From NCBI RefSeq assembly GCF_036365525.1, contig NC_090388.1, positions 66,520,258 through 66,584,257 of the forward strand: DNA of 64,000 bases. The letters are read 5' to 3'. Position numbers and translations under genes: made by a program. The notes below the pieces were generated by a model. It was given only the letters and a program-made list of their open reading frames with translations, had not been told where the DNA came from and did not search any database. Shown piece after piece: positions 37,402 to 50,478 of the stretch (the first letter of the stretch is position 1; each line of letters begins with the position of its first letter). Source of the stretch: Heterodontus francisci. Its lineage: Eukaryota.

Positions 37402-38976
37402 GCAGGCTAATCTGCTCAAAACTAATGGATTCAACAACTTCATGCCTTCAAGCTAAATTAATGCTGTGTACAAACAGAAATCGGTCTTGGCATACATAGT
37501 ACTTGGCTGCAGTTCGTTCAACATCAATTCTAACAAGTAATTTTACAAAGACAGTATTAATGAGTGTGGAGAGGAGTTCTGCCTTTTATCTCATGCAACC
37601 AAGCAGGTCTTTCTCAAACTGAAAAGATACTAGGAGAACATTACTCAAAACGAGAAGAACATTCACCATAATTTGAGGGAAGCAGTTTGTCACAAATACA
37701 CATTGCAAGGAGGTGTAATTCAAGCAGATGGTGTATGAATTTATTTTCTATTCCAGCCACAGCTAGCAGATGTGTAAATGCTTCAGTCCTCTCAAATGGG
37801 TTATCCTTTCATGTTTTGAACTCCTAAGTATATAGGCAGACTCTAAATTGACAACAACAATGGAAAATATTCCACAGAATGCTAAGCCTGAACTCTACAT
37901 AATTGCAGAAGTAGTTTTTGGGTGATGCACTCTCTAATTAAAAGATTGACAGAGTATTCCACATTCCTGGTGTGGAGAGATATTGAGGACAATGTTTCAT
38001 CAAGACTTCCGAAATAGTTGAAGAGAACAATTCCAACCCAGTTGCATACCAAAGTATTACTCCATGTATCATTGTATTCTGAATCGTTCTTCTGCATTTG
38101 CACCTCAGCAGCCTGCTCTACACCGATGATGAAAACACTGAAAATAAATCGAGCCTGTCCCTTTTTTGAATTTTAAAAAGGTAACTTAATTTGCAGATTT
38201 CATATGCATGATTATAGTGGAGACTATGTTGAATAAAACAATGTATACCTCATGATATTTTTCTTTGAAGTAAGGTTAGCAAAACTGTAGCTCATTCTCA
38301 AAATGGTGGTTAACAGCTTCATATTATGCCATGAATGTCAATGAATACAGTCTACCTCAAAATCACAGACTCTTGTGTTAAAACTGTTTTGCTTCCCTGA
38401 AAGTGCTGTACTTACACTATAGACTTTGTAGTGCCACATTGTAAAAGTTCTTTAGCTCCTGCAATTTCTCTTCATGAGAGATGGGGGAATGCCATGTATC
38501 TTTCTGTAATTAATGACTTGCTAAATAAACTACAGGAATGCACAACTCCATGCCATTTCATAAGCAAATCATTAATTACAGAGAAATACAGAGGAGTTCC
38601 TATTTCTGTTTAAAAGAAGGAATTTTTCTCTTTTATATAGTATTTGCTTGCACCATCCTCATACAAAGCAAACAGCTGTACTCGAGAGTTAAAACTTGAA
38701 CTCCTTTCCTTTCTCAGGACTCCTCTGTGTTATCTTACAAACTGATGTCGTGGAGCATCGAGAACCACATACGGAATTCAATTAAAGGGCTTGGAATTCA
38801 TTCAAGATGCTGTAAAGGAAAAGCCAGGTAGAAGAAATACTTTATTAGTTTACTCAATAAACTAATCAAGTGTTTATTTTATTGCTCATAGGCCATGTTG
38901 TTATTGGACCACAGAGAGATGAAGGGATTTTAGGCATCTAATAGGTAGGATTTGTGCATAGTATTCTGATCCAATT

Positions 38977-39052
38977 CTGCTCCACAAACCACTGACCACC
39001 TCGAGGTGCTGACCCATTGTCTCTCGAGACAAGGAGGCCAAAGAAAGAAAAG
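38977..39052 (+). mobile_element. 76-bp RTE 3' remnant with 14-bp TSD
   Basis: CACAAACCACTGACCACCTC...GAGACAAGGAGGCCAAAGAAAGAA; TSD ATTCTGATCCAATT (38963-38976) / ATTCTGGTCCAATT (39053-39066). Confidence 0.85.
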
Positions 39053-39300
39053 ATTCTGGTCCAATTAATGGATCCAATTTAAAAGACATGTTGAAATTCT
39101 GAACAGATTTTAATAGAAGGGCCTCATGCAAACAGTCAAATAAGTGTAGTAAACAGCTTTGTCACAAATGAGAGTAAAACATTACTTTACATCATGATTT
39201 ATAAGCCCCTGCTTTGTATTTTTTTTAAAATAGGAATTCCTGTAGTAAAGTATCTAAAAGAAAAGCCCTTCACAGTACTGATAATGTCCTCTCTCACTTT

Positions 39301-42107
39301 AGAACATAGAACAGTACAGCACAGTACAGTACAGGCCCTTCGGCCCATGATGTTTTGCCGACCCTTTAACCTACTCTAAGATCAAACTACCTACATACCC
39401 TTCATTCTACTATCATCCATGTACCTATCCAAGAGTTGCTTAAATGTCCCTAATGTATCTGCTTCTACTACCACCGCTGGCAGCGCATTCCACGCACCCA
39501 CCACTCTCTGTGTAAAGAACCTACCTCTGACATCTCCCCTAAACCTTCCTCCAATCACCTTAAAATTATGCCCCCTGGTGATAGCCCTTTCCGCCCTGGG
39601 AAAAAGTCTCTGGCTATCCACTCCATCTATGCCTCTCATCATCTTGTACACCTCTATCAAGTCACCTCTCATCCTTCTTCGCTCCAACGAGAAAAGCCCT
39701 AGCTCCCTCAACCTTTCTTCATAAGACATGCCCTCCAGTCCAGGCAGCATCCTGGTAAATCTCCTCTGCACCCTCTCTAAAGCTTCCACATCCTTCCTAT
39801 AATGAGGCGACCAGAACTGAACACAATATTCCAAGTGTGGTCGAACCAGGGCTTTATAGAGCTGCAGCATAACCTCGCGGCTCTTAAACTCAATCCCCCT
39901 GTTAATGAAAGCCAACACACCATACGCCTTCTTAACAACCCTATCAACTTGGGCGGCAACTTTGAGGGATCGATGGACGCGGACCCCAAGATCCCTCTGT
40001 TCCTCCACACTGCCAAGAATCCTGTCTTTAAGCCTGTATTCTGCATTCAAATTCGACCTTCCAAAATGAATCACTTCACACTTTTCCAGGTTGAACTCCA
40101 TCTGCCACTTCTCAGCCCAGCTCTGTATCCTGTCAATGTCCCGTTGCAACCGACAACAGCCCTCCACACTATCCACAACTCCAGCAACCTTTGTGTCATC
40201 GGCAAACTTACTAACCCAGCCTTCCACTTCCTCATCCAAGTCATTTATAAAAATCACGAAGAACAGAGGTCCCAGAACAGATCCCTGCGGAACACCACTG
40301 GTCACCGAGCTCCATGCTGAATACTTTCCATCTTCTCCCACCCTCTGACTTCTATGGGCCAGCCAATTTTGTATCCAGATAGCCAACTTTCCCTGAATCC
40401 CATGCCTCCTTACTTTCTGAATGAGCCTACCATGGGGAACCTTATCAAACGACTTGCTAAAATCCATATACACCACATCCACTGCTCTTCCTTCATCAAT
40501 GTGTTTTGTCACATCCTAAAAGAATTCAATAAGGCTTGTGAGGCATGACCTACCCCTCACAAAGCCATGCTGACTATCTCTAATCAAACTATGCTTTTCC
40601 AAATAATCATAAATCCTGTCTCTCAGAATCCTCTCCAATAATTTGACCACCACCGACGTAAGACTGACTCGTCTATAATTCCCAGGTTTATCCCTATTTC
40701 CTTTCTTGAACAAGGGAATAACATTTGCCACCCTCCAATCATCTGGTACTTATCCAGTGGACAGTGAGGACTCAAAGATCATCGCCAAAAGCGCGGCAAT
40801 CTCTTCCCTCGCTTCCCGTAATATCTTTGGGTATATCCCGTCTGGCCCCGGGGACTTATCTATCCTCATGTCTTTCAAAATTTCCAGCACATCCTCCTTC
40901 TTAACGTCAACCTGTTCAAGCATATCAGCCTGTTCCACGCTGTCCTCACAAACGACAAGGTCCCTCTCACTAGTAAATACTGAAGCAAAGTATTCATTAA
41001 GGATCTCCCCTACCTCCTCCGACTCCAGGCACAAGTTCCCTCCACTATCCCTGATCAGCCCTACCCTCACTCTGGCCATCCTCTTGTTCCTCACATAAGT
41101 GTAGAACGCCTTGGGATTTTCCTCAATCCTACCCGCCAAGACTTTTTCATGTCCCCTTCTCGCTCTCCTAAGTCCATTCTTCAGTTCCTTCCTGGCTACC
41201 TTGTAACCCTCTAGAGCCCTGTCTGATCCTTGCTTCCTCAACCTAAGTAAGCTTCCTTCTTGGATCTGAAACCTGGCCTGGTTCGTTGCCAAGCACCAAA
41301 TCCAACATAGCCTCCCCTCTAGTCGGCCTATCTACATCTTGAGTCAGGAAACTTTCCTGGATACATCTGACAAAATCTGCTCCATCCAAACTATTTGCAC
41401 TAAGGAGGTTACAATCAATATTAGGGAAGTTGAAGTCACCCATGACAACAACCCTGTTACCTCTGCACCTTTCCAAAATCTGCCTCCCAATCTGTTCCTC
41501 CGTGTCTCTGTTGCTATTGGGGGGTCTATAGAAAACTCCCAACAAAGTGACTGCTCCTTTCCTGTTTCTGACTTCCACCCATAATGACTCAGTAGACAAA
41601 CCCTCCTCGACGACCTCCCTTTCTGCAGCTGTGATACTATCCCTGATTAGCAATGCCACTCCCCCACCTCTTTTACCTCCCTCCCTATTCCTTTTGAAAC
41701 ATCTAAACCCCGGAACATCCAACATCCATTCCTGCCCCTGTGATATCCAAATCTCCGTAATGGCCACAACATCGTAGCTCCAAGTACTGATCCAAGCTCT
41801 AAGTTCATCACCCTTATTCCTGACACTTCTTGCGTTAAAATAGACACACTTCAACCCATCATACTGGCTGCAACTTTGCCATATCAACTGTCTAACCTTC
41901 CTCACAGACTCTCTGCACTCTGTATCTGCCTGTTCAACAGCTACCCCATCCACTGATCCGTAGCTCTGGTTCCCATCCCCCTGCCAAACTAGTTTAAACC
42001 CTCCCGAAGAGCTCTAGCAAACCTCCCGCCCAGGATATTGGTGCCCCTCCAGTTCAGATGCAACCCATCCTTCTTGTACAGGTCCCACTTTCCCCAGAAG
42101 GTATCCC
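39301..42107 (-). mobile_element. CR1 LINE, relatively young, 5'-truncated in ORF1, with an internal deletion near 41260
   Basis: ORF 39391-40512 intact RT/C-terminus; ORF 41243-41953 APE (YFNARS, YRPP, GDFN, LDLVLGN) breaks off before SDH and joins linker sequence. Confidence 0.95.
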
Positions 42108-42269
42108 TTCTGCAGAGTATGACTGCAGAGAAATATACCTAATTTGCCACAGATTCAGTTTCAAATTCCTTTGCTAAATTGTCCAACCTATTTTACTTTA
42201 CCTTACACACAAGTCATACTAAACTAGGTCGGACAAGTGACAGGAGCAAGAAGTTCAAATCTAACTTTT

Positions 42270-42562
42270 TGTTTGAGATGTTAAACTGAGGCCCTGCCTG
42301 CCCTCTCAGGTGGATATAAAAAGATCCAACAGTACTAATTTGAAGAGGAGTAGGAGAGTTCTGCCTTGTGACCTGGCCAATATTAATCCCGCAACTAACA
42401 TCACCAAAAGATATTATTTGATCATTATCACACTGTTGTTTGTGGGAGCTTGCTGTGCACAATGTAGCTGCCACATTTCCTACATTACACGTCAAAAGTA
42501 CTTAATTAGCCATAAAGTGCTTTGGAGCATCCTGAGGTCGTGAAAGGCCAGTCTTCCTTTTC
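42270..42562 (+). mobile_element. SacSINE1/DeuSINE-like fragment
   Basis: GAGATGTTAAACTGAGGCCCTGCCTGCCCTCTCAGGTGG; colinear with 4300-4600. Confidence 0.78.
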
Positions 42563-42589
42563 TATGTGTAAGGAAAATAACATTTTTTT

Positions 42590-42900
42590 ATTCATTCATT
42601 GGATGTGAGCATTACTGGCAAGGTCAGTATTTATTGCCCATCCATAACTACCCTTGAGAAGGTGGTGGTGAGCTGCCTTCTTGAACCGCTGCAGTTCATA
42701 TGGTGTAGGTTCACCCACAGTGCTGTTAGGGAGGGAGTTCCAGGATTTTGACTCTGACAGTGAAGGAACAGTGATACACTTCCAAGCCAGGATGGTGCAT
42801 GACTTGGAGGGCAACTTGCAGGTGGTAGTGTTCCCATGCGTTTGCTGCCCTTGTCCATCTAGGTGATAGAGGATGGTGCTTTCGAAGGAACGGAACCTTG
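42590..42900 (-). mobile_element. Family-B LINE 3' end
   Basis: KSWNSLPNSTVG...LQRFKKAAHHHLLKG C-terminus (ORF 42596-42814) followed by the GATGGGCAATAAAT tail. Confidence 0.78.
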
Positions 42901-44113
42901 GCTAAACTACACAAGTGGACAAGAGAAGTGTGAAACATGGAGGCAATGCTGAAAGAACAGGATCAGTCAACTGGCTTCAGTGTATGAAGATTTCTTTGGT
43001 GAAAGCCACAGTCACCCTCTCTAAGCACTGAGAAATGGCAAATTAACACGAGCTGCATGAACCCAAAGGGCCAATCGGTATCAGAAACTTTCATTTGGAA
43101 TGTTCTGCTCCATGCTTAGCCTGAGAGATAATTTATTCACCATAACAAATTGCACACATTTATGGAGTAATTAAAATCTGCCAGACTTTATATAAAATCC
43201 ATTTCTGATGTTCAAGATTTCTGAAGCTTAAATTTTTTTAAATGCCTGCATAATAACATACTTCAATAATTTCATTACTTAAAAGACTTGAAACTTGGCC
43301 AACTAAGAATCATCGATATGCTAAGGAATAATCTTTGTTTCTCCTGTGTGACACGCACAGTCCTACTGTTGCTAATTCATGCAGCACAACGTTATTTTAC
43401 TTTTATAAATAAACTAATACAGCTGCAAGCTTACAGTAAGCTGCCTGGCCTCGGGATCAGGGCTTCCATTTACAAAAGCATGGCCAGGAATGTGGGGTGT
43501 TTGGAGCCAAGACTAGAATGATGGAATGTCATAATTCCGTACCTGAATACTGGAAGTGTGGTGAAGGCAAATACCTCGAGTGAATGACAGGCAAAATGTT
43601 TTCATTTTAGAATTGTCATTGAAATTTTTAAATACAGGACGCGGTGTACTCTGTTGAGAACACTTGAGGACTGGACTATTTACTACCTTGATTTGGAGTA
43701 TTTCTTCAAGTACAAAGCTATAGTACAGCTGTTGAATACCAACTTCCAAACAATGATTACAAAGTGCTTGAAAGTTGTTGGATAGCATTGACAGGTTTAA
43801 AGGGCAACCACGGGTGGATAACTTTCTGATTTTAGTTTCCAAATGGTGTATTTTCAACCATGGTATGATTTTGCTGCAAATCCTTCATGATAAACTATAT
43901 ATTTATAATGTTAAATATTACATAAGAACAGGTCATTCAGTCCCTTGGAATTGTCTGCCATTCAATTAGATCATGGCTGATTGGTTACCTTAACTCCATT
44001 TATGCACCTCAGTTAAGTTTGAATGGCGATTAATATTAATACACTCAGTGCCTGGAATGGAGGCATCAATAGTCCATAATGTGATGGTGTTAAGCACAGG
44101 TGTTACAACATGA

Positions 44114-44475
44114 TAAAGCCCGGCTCAGGTATAAAATTAAAACCCGACCTGGGCCTGACCTGACAACAGCCACCCCGAACCCAACCCGGGCTCGAGTTCT
44201 TTAATTTTTTTAAATGCTCGACTCGACCCGAACCAGACACATGTAGTTGGGTTTGGTCCGGTAGCCAGGCTTCACTGCAGAGTGCAGTGTCCGGACTGCA
44301 CGTTTTCCGCCTCGACGTCCTGAATGTTCATTTGAAGATTACTTCCTGGAGCGAGGCAGCACTGTCTACGTCCAGCCCGACCCGACCCGAGCCCGAATGC
44401 TGGACCCGGAAGAGAGACCCGATCCGACCTGAACCTGACATATGTCATCGGGTCTGGTCGGGTAGCCACGCTTTA
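44114..44475. mobile_element. hAT-type non-autonomous DNA transposon (362 bp)
   Basis: TIRs TAAAGCCCGGCT / TAAAGCGTGGCT; 8-bp TSD CAACATGA (44106-44113) / CAACAGGA (44476-44483); many ACCCG subterminal motifs. Confidence 0.8.
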
Positions 44476-45656
44476 CAACAGGATGTTGAAATTGAAATGT
44501 TACTTTAATACTCTCAATTTCACTGCCCAGTCTTTTGCAAATGCTTTTATGTAAGCTGGACATTTTGCTTGAGCTTTTCAGATAACTAACATGTATATCC
44601 CTTTTACAACAGTGGGGATGGGGGGGCAGTAGTTGCTGTAGTATCTGTGCAGGAAATCTCTGTGTAAAAGCTGTCTCTTGGTGTAGGCGATATCTTTGTT
44701 TAAGCAATGTCTCTGTGTAGGAGAGATCCCCTCCCTGTGAAGGAGATCTCACATTTATAGATGAACTCGCTTTGTGTTAGAGACGTCATTATGGCAGACG
44801 TCTCTGTAGGAGATCTCTGACTTCTGGCGTCCAACCAAGACAATGTGCCATCACTGATCTACACATTTCTGCATTTCCTAAGTGAAAAAGGTGCACTGTT
44901 AACAAACATACCTAATTCAAAGCCTTTTATTGATGAGCGTGGCATTCCTTCTATTTAGGGCGACCTGTTTCAGTGTACAGGTGAAACATGACAAAGTAGT
45001 GACTTATACCTACACATGGCACTATGGTGTATCTTTCATAGCTAGGCTTGATAAGTAATTCAAAATTGCTTTCATTTTTAATTTCCATTTGGAAGAAAAT
45101 TAGATCTACTTCATTACACTTTTTATATAACTGGATTAGAGAGCAGTCCCATAAGAGGAGTAATTAGAAGAGTTTTAGTTACTGCAGTGATTTGTATTCT
45201 CCAACTGCGAGCATTAAATTCGTCCTGCATTACAATGCCACAGGGAAAGGAAGTCAGACTTCCTCAGTAGAGGAGTCTTTCCACTGAAGAATGAAGGTCA
45301 CTCCATGGTAAGTAATTTCATTTTCTCCTTCATGCTTCAGTGTCCTGCACACAGCTGGGGAACATTTAGAGGCACAGTGTGACACTTGAGTATTTGATTT
45401 GAAAACAGAAAACCAATGTAAATGTGCTGAGATGATGATGATGTAATCAGCAACATCATACCAGACACGTCTGGAGCTACAAACGCACTGAAGAGAAATT
45501 ATTTTTGACAGAATATCATGAGACTGAGCTAGCATCAACTCTTCCACTGCCAGGTTTTGTTTTTAGGAAAAAAGGTAGAGACTCAAAGGCCAACACAGCC
45601 AAGTCATAGACTCATTTAGCACAGGTTCCCATTTAATTATTCCTGTACTGTCATTG

Positions 45657-46190
45657 GATCATAGGAAATAGGAGGAGTAGGCCACTCAGCCCATCGAGCC
45701 TGCTCCACCATTCAAACAGATCATGGCTGATCATCTACCTCTGCACCAATCTATCCATTTCTGTCTTCAACTTCCATAACCCTCCGGAGTAGAAAATTCC
45801 ACAGATTCATCACCCTCTGAGTAAAGAAATTCCTCCTCATCTCAGTCGTAAATGGCCTGTCCCTTATTCTGAGACTGTATCCCCTTGTTCTAGACTCACC
45901 AGCCAGAGGAAACATCCTATCCACATCTATCCTGTCACGCGCTGTAAGCATTTTGTAAGTTTCAACGGCATCACCTCTCATTCTTTGAAACTCTAGAGAA
46001 TACAGGTCCAGTCTCTGCAATCTCTCCCCAAGACAATCCCGTCATCCCAGGGATTAGTCTGGTGAACGTCTGTTGCACGCCCTCCATAACAAGTACATCC
46101 TTCCTTAGAAAAGGAGACCAAAACTGCACACAATACCCGAGGTGCGGTCTCACCAAGGCTTTATACAATTGAAGCAATACATCTTTACTC
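45657..46190 (-). mobile_element. CR1 3' fragment
   Basis: LYKALVRPHLGYCVQFWSP, RRNFFTQRV; CR1 tail. Confidence 0.88.
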
Positions 46191-46191
46191 C

Positions 46192-46615
46192 AGTGGATGG
46201 GGTGCCAATCAAGCGGGCTGCTTTGTCCTGGATGGTGTCGAGCTTCTTGAGTGTTATTGGAGCTGCACCCATTCAGGCAAGTGGAGAGTATTCCATCACA
46301 CTCCTGACTTGTACCTTGTAGATGGTGGACAGGTTTTGGGGAGTCAGGAGGTGAGTTACTCGCCGCAGAATTCCTAGCCTCTGAACTGCTCTTGTAGCCA
46401 TGATATTTATATGGCTACTCAAGTTCAGTTTCTGGTCAATGGTAGCCCCCAGGATGTTGATAGTGGGGAATTCAGCCATTGTAATGCCATTGAATGTCAA
46501 GGCGAGATGGTTGGATTCTTGTTTGAGATGGTCATTGCCTGGCACTTGTGTGGCACGAATGCTACTTGCCATGTATCAGCCCAAGCCTGGATATTGTCCA
46601 GGTCTTGCTGCATTT
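46192..46615 (-). mobile_element. Family-B LINE RT C-terminal fragment
   Basis: LSTIYKVQVRSVMEYSPLA; reverse complement of 63620-64000. Confidence 0.8.
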
Positions 46616-46799
46616 TTTAAATGGACTACTTCATATATAAAAAGCTACATTCATTTATAAAGAGCCTTTCATAACCACTGGATGTCTCAATGCAAGTTAC
46701 AGCCAATTAAGTACTTTTGAAATGTAGTCACTGTTGAAATGTAGGAAATGCAGCAGCCAATTTGAGCATAGTAACATAGGAGAGACACAGGACTTGAAA

Positions 46800-48688
46800 T
46801 TTTATGGCAAACAACTGGTCTAGGTATTCATCACCAGATCTGCTGGACCATATAAAGCACTGCAGATCATGCTCTCCTCTGCCAAAGTTACTCACTATTC
46901 CAGGATCAGCCTGGAATGCAAAGAGAACCTCCAGCTTCTCTTCTGCACTACAAATAGTGTTTTTAAAACCCCCTCCCTGCCTCCTTCGCTCTCATCTCCA
47001 ACAAATGTGAGCAGCTCATGGACTTCTGTCACTAGGGCTGAGACTAATGCTGTTTCCTCCAGTCCAATAGCCCATCAGACCAAACTTTCCCCAAGCTTTC
47101 CCCCAACCCCACCGCGTTAGCCCTGAACTGATCTTTCTCTACGTTCTATCCCACCTCCCCATATGCCCTCCTTGAGCTCATCTTGTCCATGAGACCCACC
47201 TCCTGCACCATCGACCCTATTCCCATCAAACTGTTGGCCACCCAAATTCCCTTCCTGGCTCCCATATTACCTGATATTGTTAACCGTTCCCTCTCCTCAG
47301 CTCTATCCCATTCTTCTCCATATCTGTTGTCCTCACCACCCTCCTCCAGAAACTTATCCTTAACCCCTCTGTCCCCTTCACCAACCTCTTCTCTAAAGTC
47401 CAACATGTTGTTGCCTCCCAAATTCGTGTCCACCATTCCTAAAACACCACATTTGAATCCCTCCAATTAGGTTTCCACCTTGCCACAGTACTGAGACATC
47501 CCTTATCAAAGTCACAAAGGACAACCTATGTGACTATGACTGTGCTAAACTATCCCTGCTCACCCTTCTCTACTTTTGACAGGGTTGACTATACCAACCT
47601 CCTCCAATGCTTCTCCTCCATTGTCCAATTCAGTGGGACTGCATTCACCTAGTTCCATTCTTATCTACCAAGTCACAGCCAGAGAATCACCCGCAGTGGC
47701 AGTGCTTGCCACCCCTTTAGCTCTGGAGTCCCCCAACGGTCAACTTTTGACTCCCTATTTCCCATCTACTTGTTGTCCCTCAGTGGCATTATCTAAAACA
47801 CAACATCGTGCACACTGATGACCCCCAGCTCTACCTAACCACCACCTCCCTTGACCCCTCTGCAGCCTCTGATTTGTCACACTACTTGTCCAATATTCCG
47901 TATTGGATGAGTACAAATTCCCACTAATAAGTATTGTGAAGACTGAAGCCATTGTCTTCAGTCACCGCCACAAACTGCCCTTCCTGACCACCAACTACAT
48001 CCCTCTCCTTGACAACTGTCTAAGGCTGAACCTGACCAATTACAACCTTGGTATTTGACTCCGAGATGAGCTTCTGACCCATATATCCAGTCCATCACCA
48101 AGACCACATACTTCCATCTCCATAAGATTGCCCGTCTCCACCCCTGCCTAGCTCATGCTGCCGAAACCTTCATCCATGCCTTTGTTAGTTCCAGACATGA
48201 CTATTCCAATGGCCTCCTGGCTGACCTCCCATCTCCTACGCGACATAAACTTGAGCTCATTCCAAAACTCTGTTGTCCATATCCTAACTTGCATCAAGTC
48301 TGATTTACCATAACCCCTATGCTCATTGACCTACATTAGCTCCCAGTGCTGCAAAAAATCTATTTTAACATTCTCTAACAGATTTTCAAATCCCTCCATA
48401 GCCTCGCCCCTTGCTAGCTCTGTAACCCTGTCCAGCCCTACAACCCTCTGAGAATTCTGCATGCCTTCAATTCTGGTCTCTTGCACATTCCCAATTTTAA
48501 TTGCTCCACCAGTAGCAGCTATGCTTTCAGCTGCCTTGGCCCTGAGCCCTAGAATTCTCTTCCTAAACTTCTCCACCTCTCTACCATGCTCTCCTCTTGT
48601 TAGCTTCTCTTGAAAATCTACCTCTTTGATCAAGCTTTTGGTCATATTTCCTGAGTTTTTATTCTACGGCTCAGTGTCAGAAAAATGT
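46800..48688 (+). mobile_element. L2-type LINE, long degenerate fragment
   Basis: PTSCTIDPIP.KLL motif, then colinear with 40-1260. Confidence 0.75.
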
Positions 48689-48689
48689 C

Positions 48690-48966
48690 AATACCTAGCA
48701 CAAAGGAAGATAGCTGTGGTTGTTGGAGGTCAATCATCTGAGCTCCAGGACATCACTGCAGGAGTTCCTCAGGGTAGTGTCCTAGGCCCAAGCCTGAATG
48801 TTGTCCAGGTCTTGTTTCATGCGGGCACAGACTGCATCTTTATCTGAGCAGTTGACAATGGTACCGAACACTGTGCAAACATCAGCGAATATCCCCACTT
48901 CTGACCTTATGATGGAGGGAAGACCTAGACCACCCCATCTTCAGCTGCTTCATCAATGACCTTCCC
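48690..48966 (+). mobile_element. Rearranged family-B LINE RT fragment with an internal inverted segment
   Basis: TAGVPQGSVLGP forward; 48786-48922 inverted relative to the colinear copy at 63383-63640. Confidence 0.8.
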
Positions 48967-49382
48967 GCCAATAACTGCATTTTATTAAGTATAATTTTCA
49001 AAAAGATCAGTTTTTAATATTTACCTCTTTTCAAACTGGGTCTACAAGAGCTGGTTAACGTTCAGTCATTTGGACACCTCAAGCCTTCCTTTACTGTGAA
49101 TAGCAGCCCCTGTATAGTGCTTTGGAATCAAATTTACCTTGAAGTGTCAGATCTAACAGGCAGCATCACAGTCTCATATGAGTGCAATGCTAATTTTAAA
49201 TATATATCATTTAATAGGCTGATTAACAAAACTAAAGCCCATGGGATTAAAGGGACAGTGGCATCATGGATACAAAGTTGGCTAAGGGACAGAAAACAGA
49301 GAGTAGTGGTGAATAATTGTTTTTCAATGGTGTCTCCCAGAGGTCAGTATTAGGATCGCTGCTCTTTTTGACATATATTAAT

Positions 49383-49933
49383 AAGTTTGTCCAGTTGCAG
49401 AATCACATCTAATGTTGGACACTGTGTTTTGAGTGTTGTAAGCACAGGCTGGATTGGACAACATGTGCTAAGAATTACGCTGACACCAGTTTAAGATTGT
49501 CAGTTGGGCTCGCAATGTGGCGCATTTGCGTGTACTGGAAGCTACATATATTAATACACAGGGCCCTGTTCTTTGCAGACAGAAAGAACATGTACACACA
49601 CTGCACCTGTTTCAGCCAAACAAAATAAGTGGTAGCCATTCGCTGGTTCATTCCTCAGGGCAATGCCTTGACCAATCAGAGTCAAGCTGCCTGGTTTAAA
49701 TTTCAAACAAAGCTTGGTAGTTAACAGTCAGTCACCATAATCTGGTGCATTCTCCATGGCAACGCCTCTACCAGAGTCCACTTGCCAACCAATCAGCACT
49801 CTTTTCTCATACATCATAAATTTGTTGCTTTCCCTTACATTGGTATTCTTGCAATTTGTCCTGATGAGTGCAAGACAAAAAGCTGTCTCTCTTTTCAGCA
49901 ATACTCAAGTTGTATACTACCAAATGACTATTT
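49383..49933 (+). mobile_element. Second Penelope-like family, 3' fragment with 5' inversion and 10-bp TSD
   Basis: LRVLEATYINTQGPVLCRQKEHVHTLHLF (GIY-YIG C-terminus); degenerate CTGATGA hammerhead core at 49861; TSD ATATATTAAT at 49373-49382 and 49934-49943. Confidence 0.75.
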
Positions 49934-50478
49934 ATATATTAATGACCTGAACTTGGGTATACAGGTATCAATTTCAAAGTTTGCATTTGACACAAAACTC
50001 GAAAATATGGTAAATAATGAGGAGGATAGTGACAGACTTCAGGAAGACATAGACAGACTGGTGAACTGGGCAGACACAGGGTAGATTAAATTTAACACAG
50101 AGAAGTGTGAAGTGATACATTTTGGTAGGAAAATTGAGGAGAGGCAATATGAACTAAGTGGTACAATTTTAAGGGAGCTGCAGGAACAGAGACAGCTGGG
50201 GGTTATATATACACAAATCTCTCACGGTAGTAGGACAAGTTGATAAGGCTGCTTAAAAAGCATATGGGATTCTTGGCTTTATGAATAGAGGAAGAGAATA
50301 CAAAAGCAAGGACAGTTTGCAAAAACTTTATCAAAAACTCTGGTCTTAGCTGGAGTATTATGTTCAATTCTGGGCAGCACACTTTAGGAAGGATGTCAAG
50401 GCCTTGGAAAGCATGCAGAAAATTTACCAGAATGGTACCAGAGATGAGGGACTTCAAATATGTGGAAAGACCGGAGAA

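Noticed and set aside
37420-37441. Possible TSD partner for the long RTE (ACTAATGGATTCAACAACTTC vs ACTACAGATTGAAAACTTC at 33367)
   Set aside because: Too many mismatches for such a young element, and offset from the boundary.
37114-37443. Proline-rich and glycine-rich ORFs
   Set aside because: Artefacts of translating the G-run tract.
43543-43717. AG/GT-bounded open stretch on the minus strand (FVLEEILQIKVV...SSIQ) as a possible extra POT1 exon
   Set aside because: 175 nt would frameshift a phase-0 intron, the pyrimidine tract is poor, there is no POT1 similarity, and the two real exons already join without a gap.
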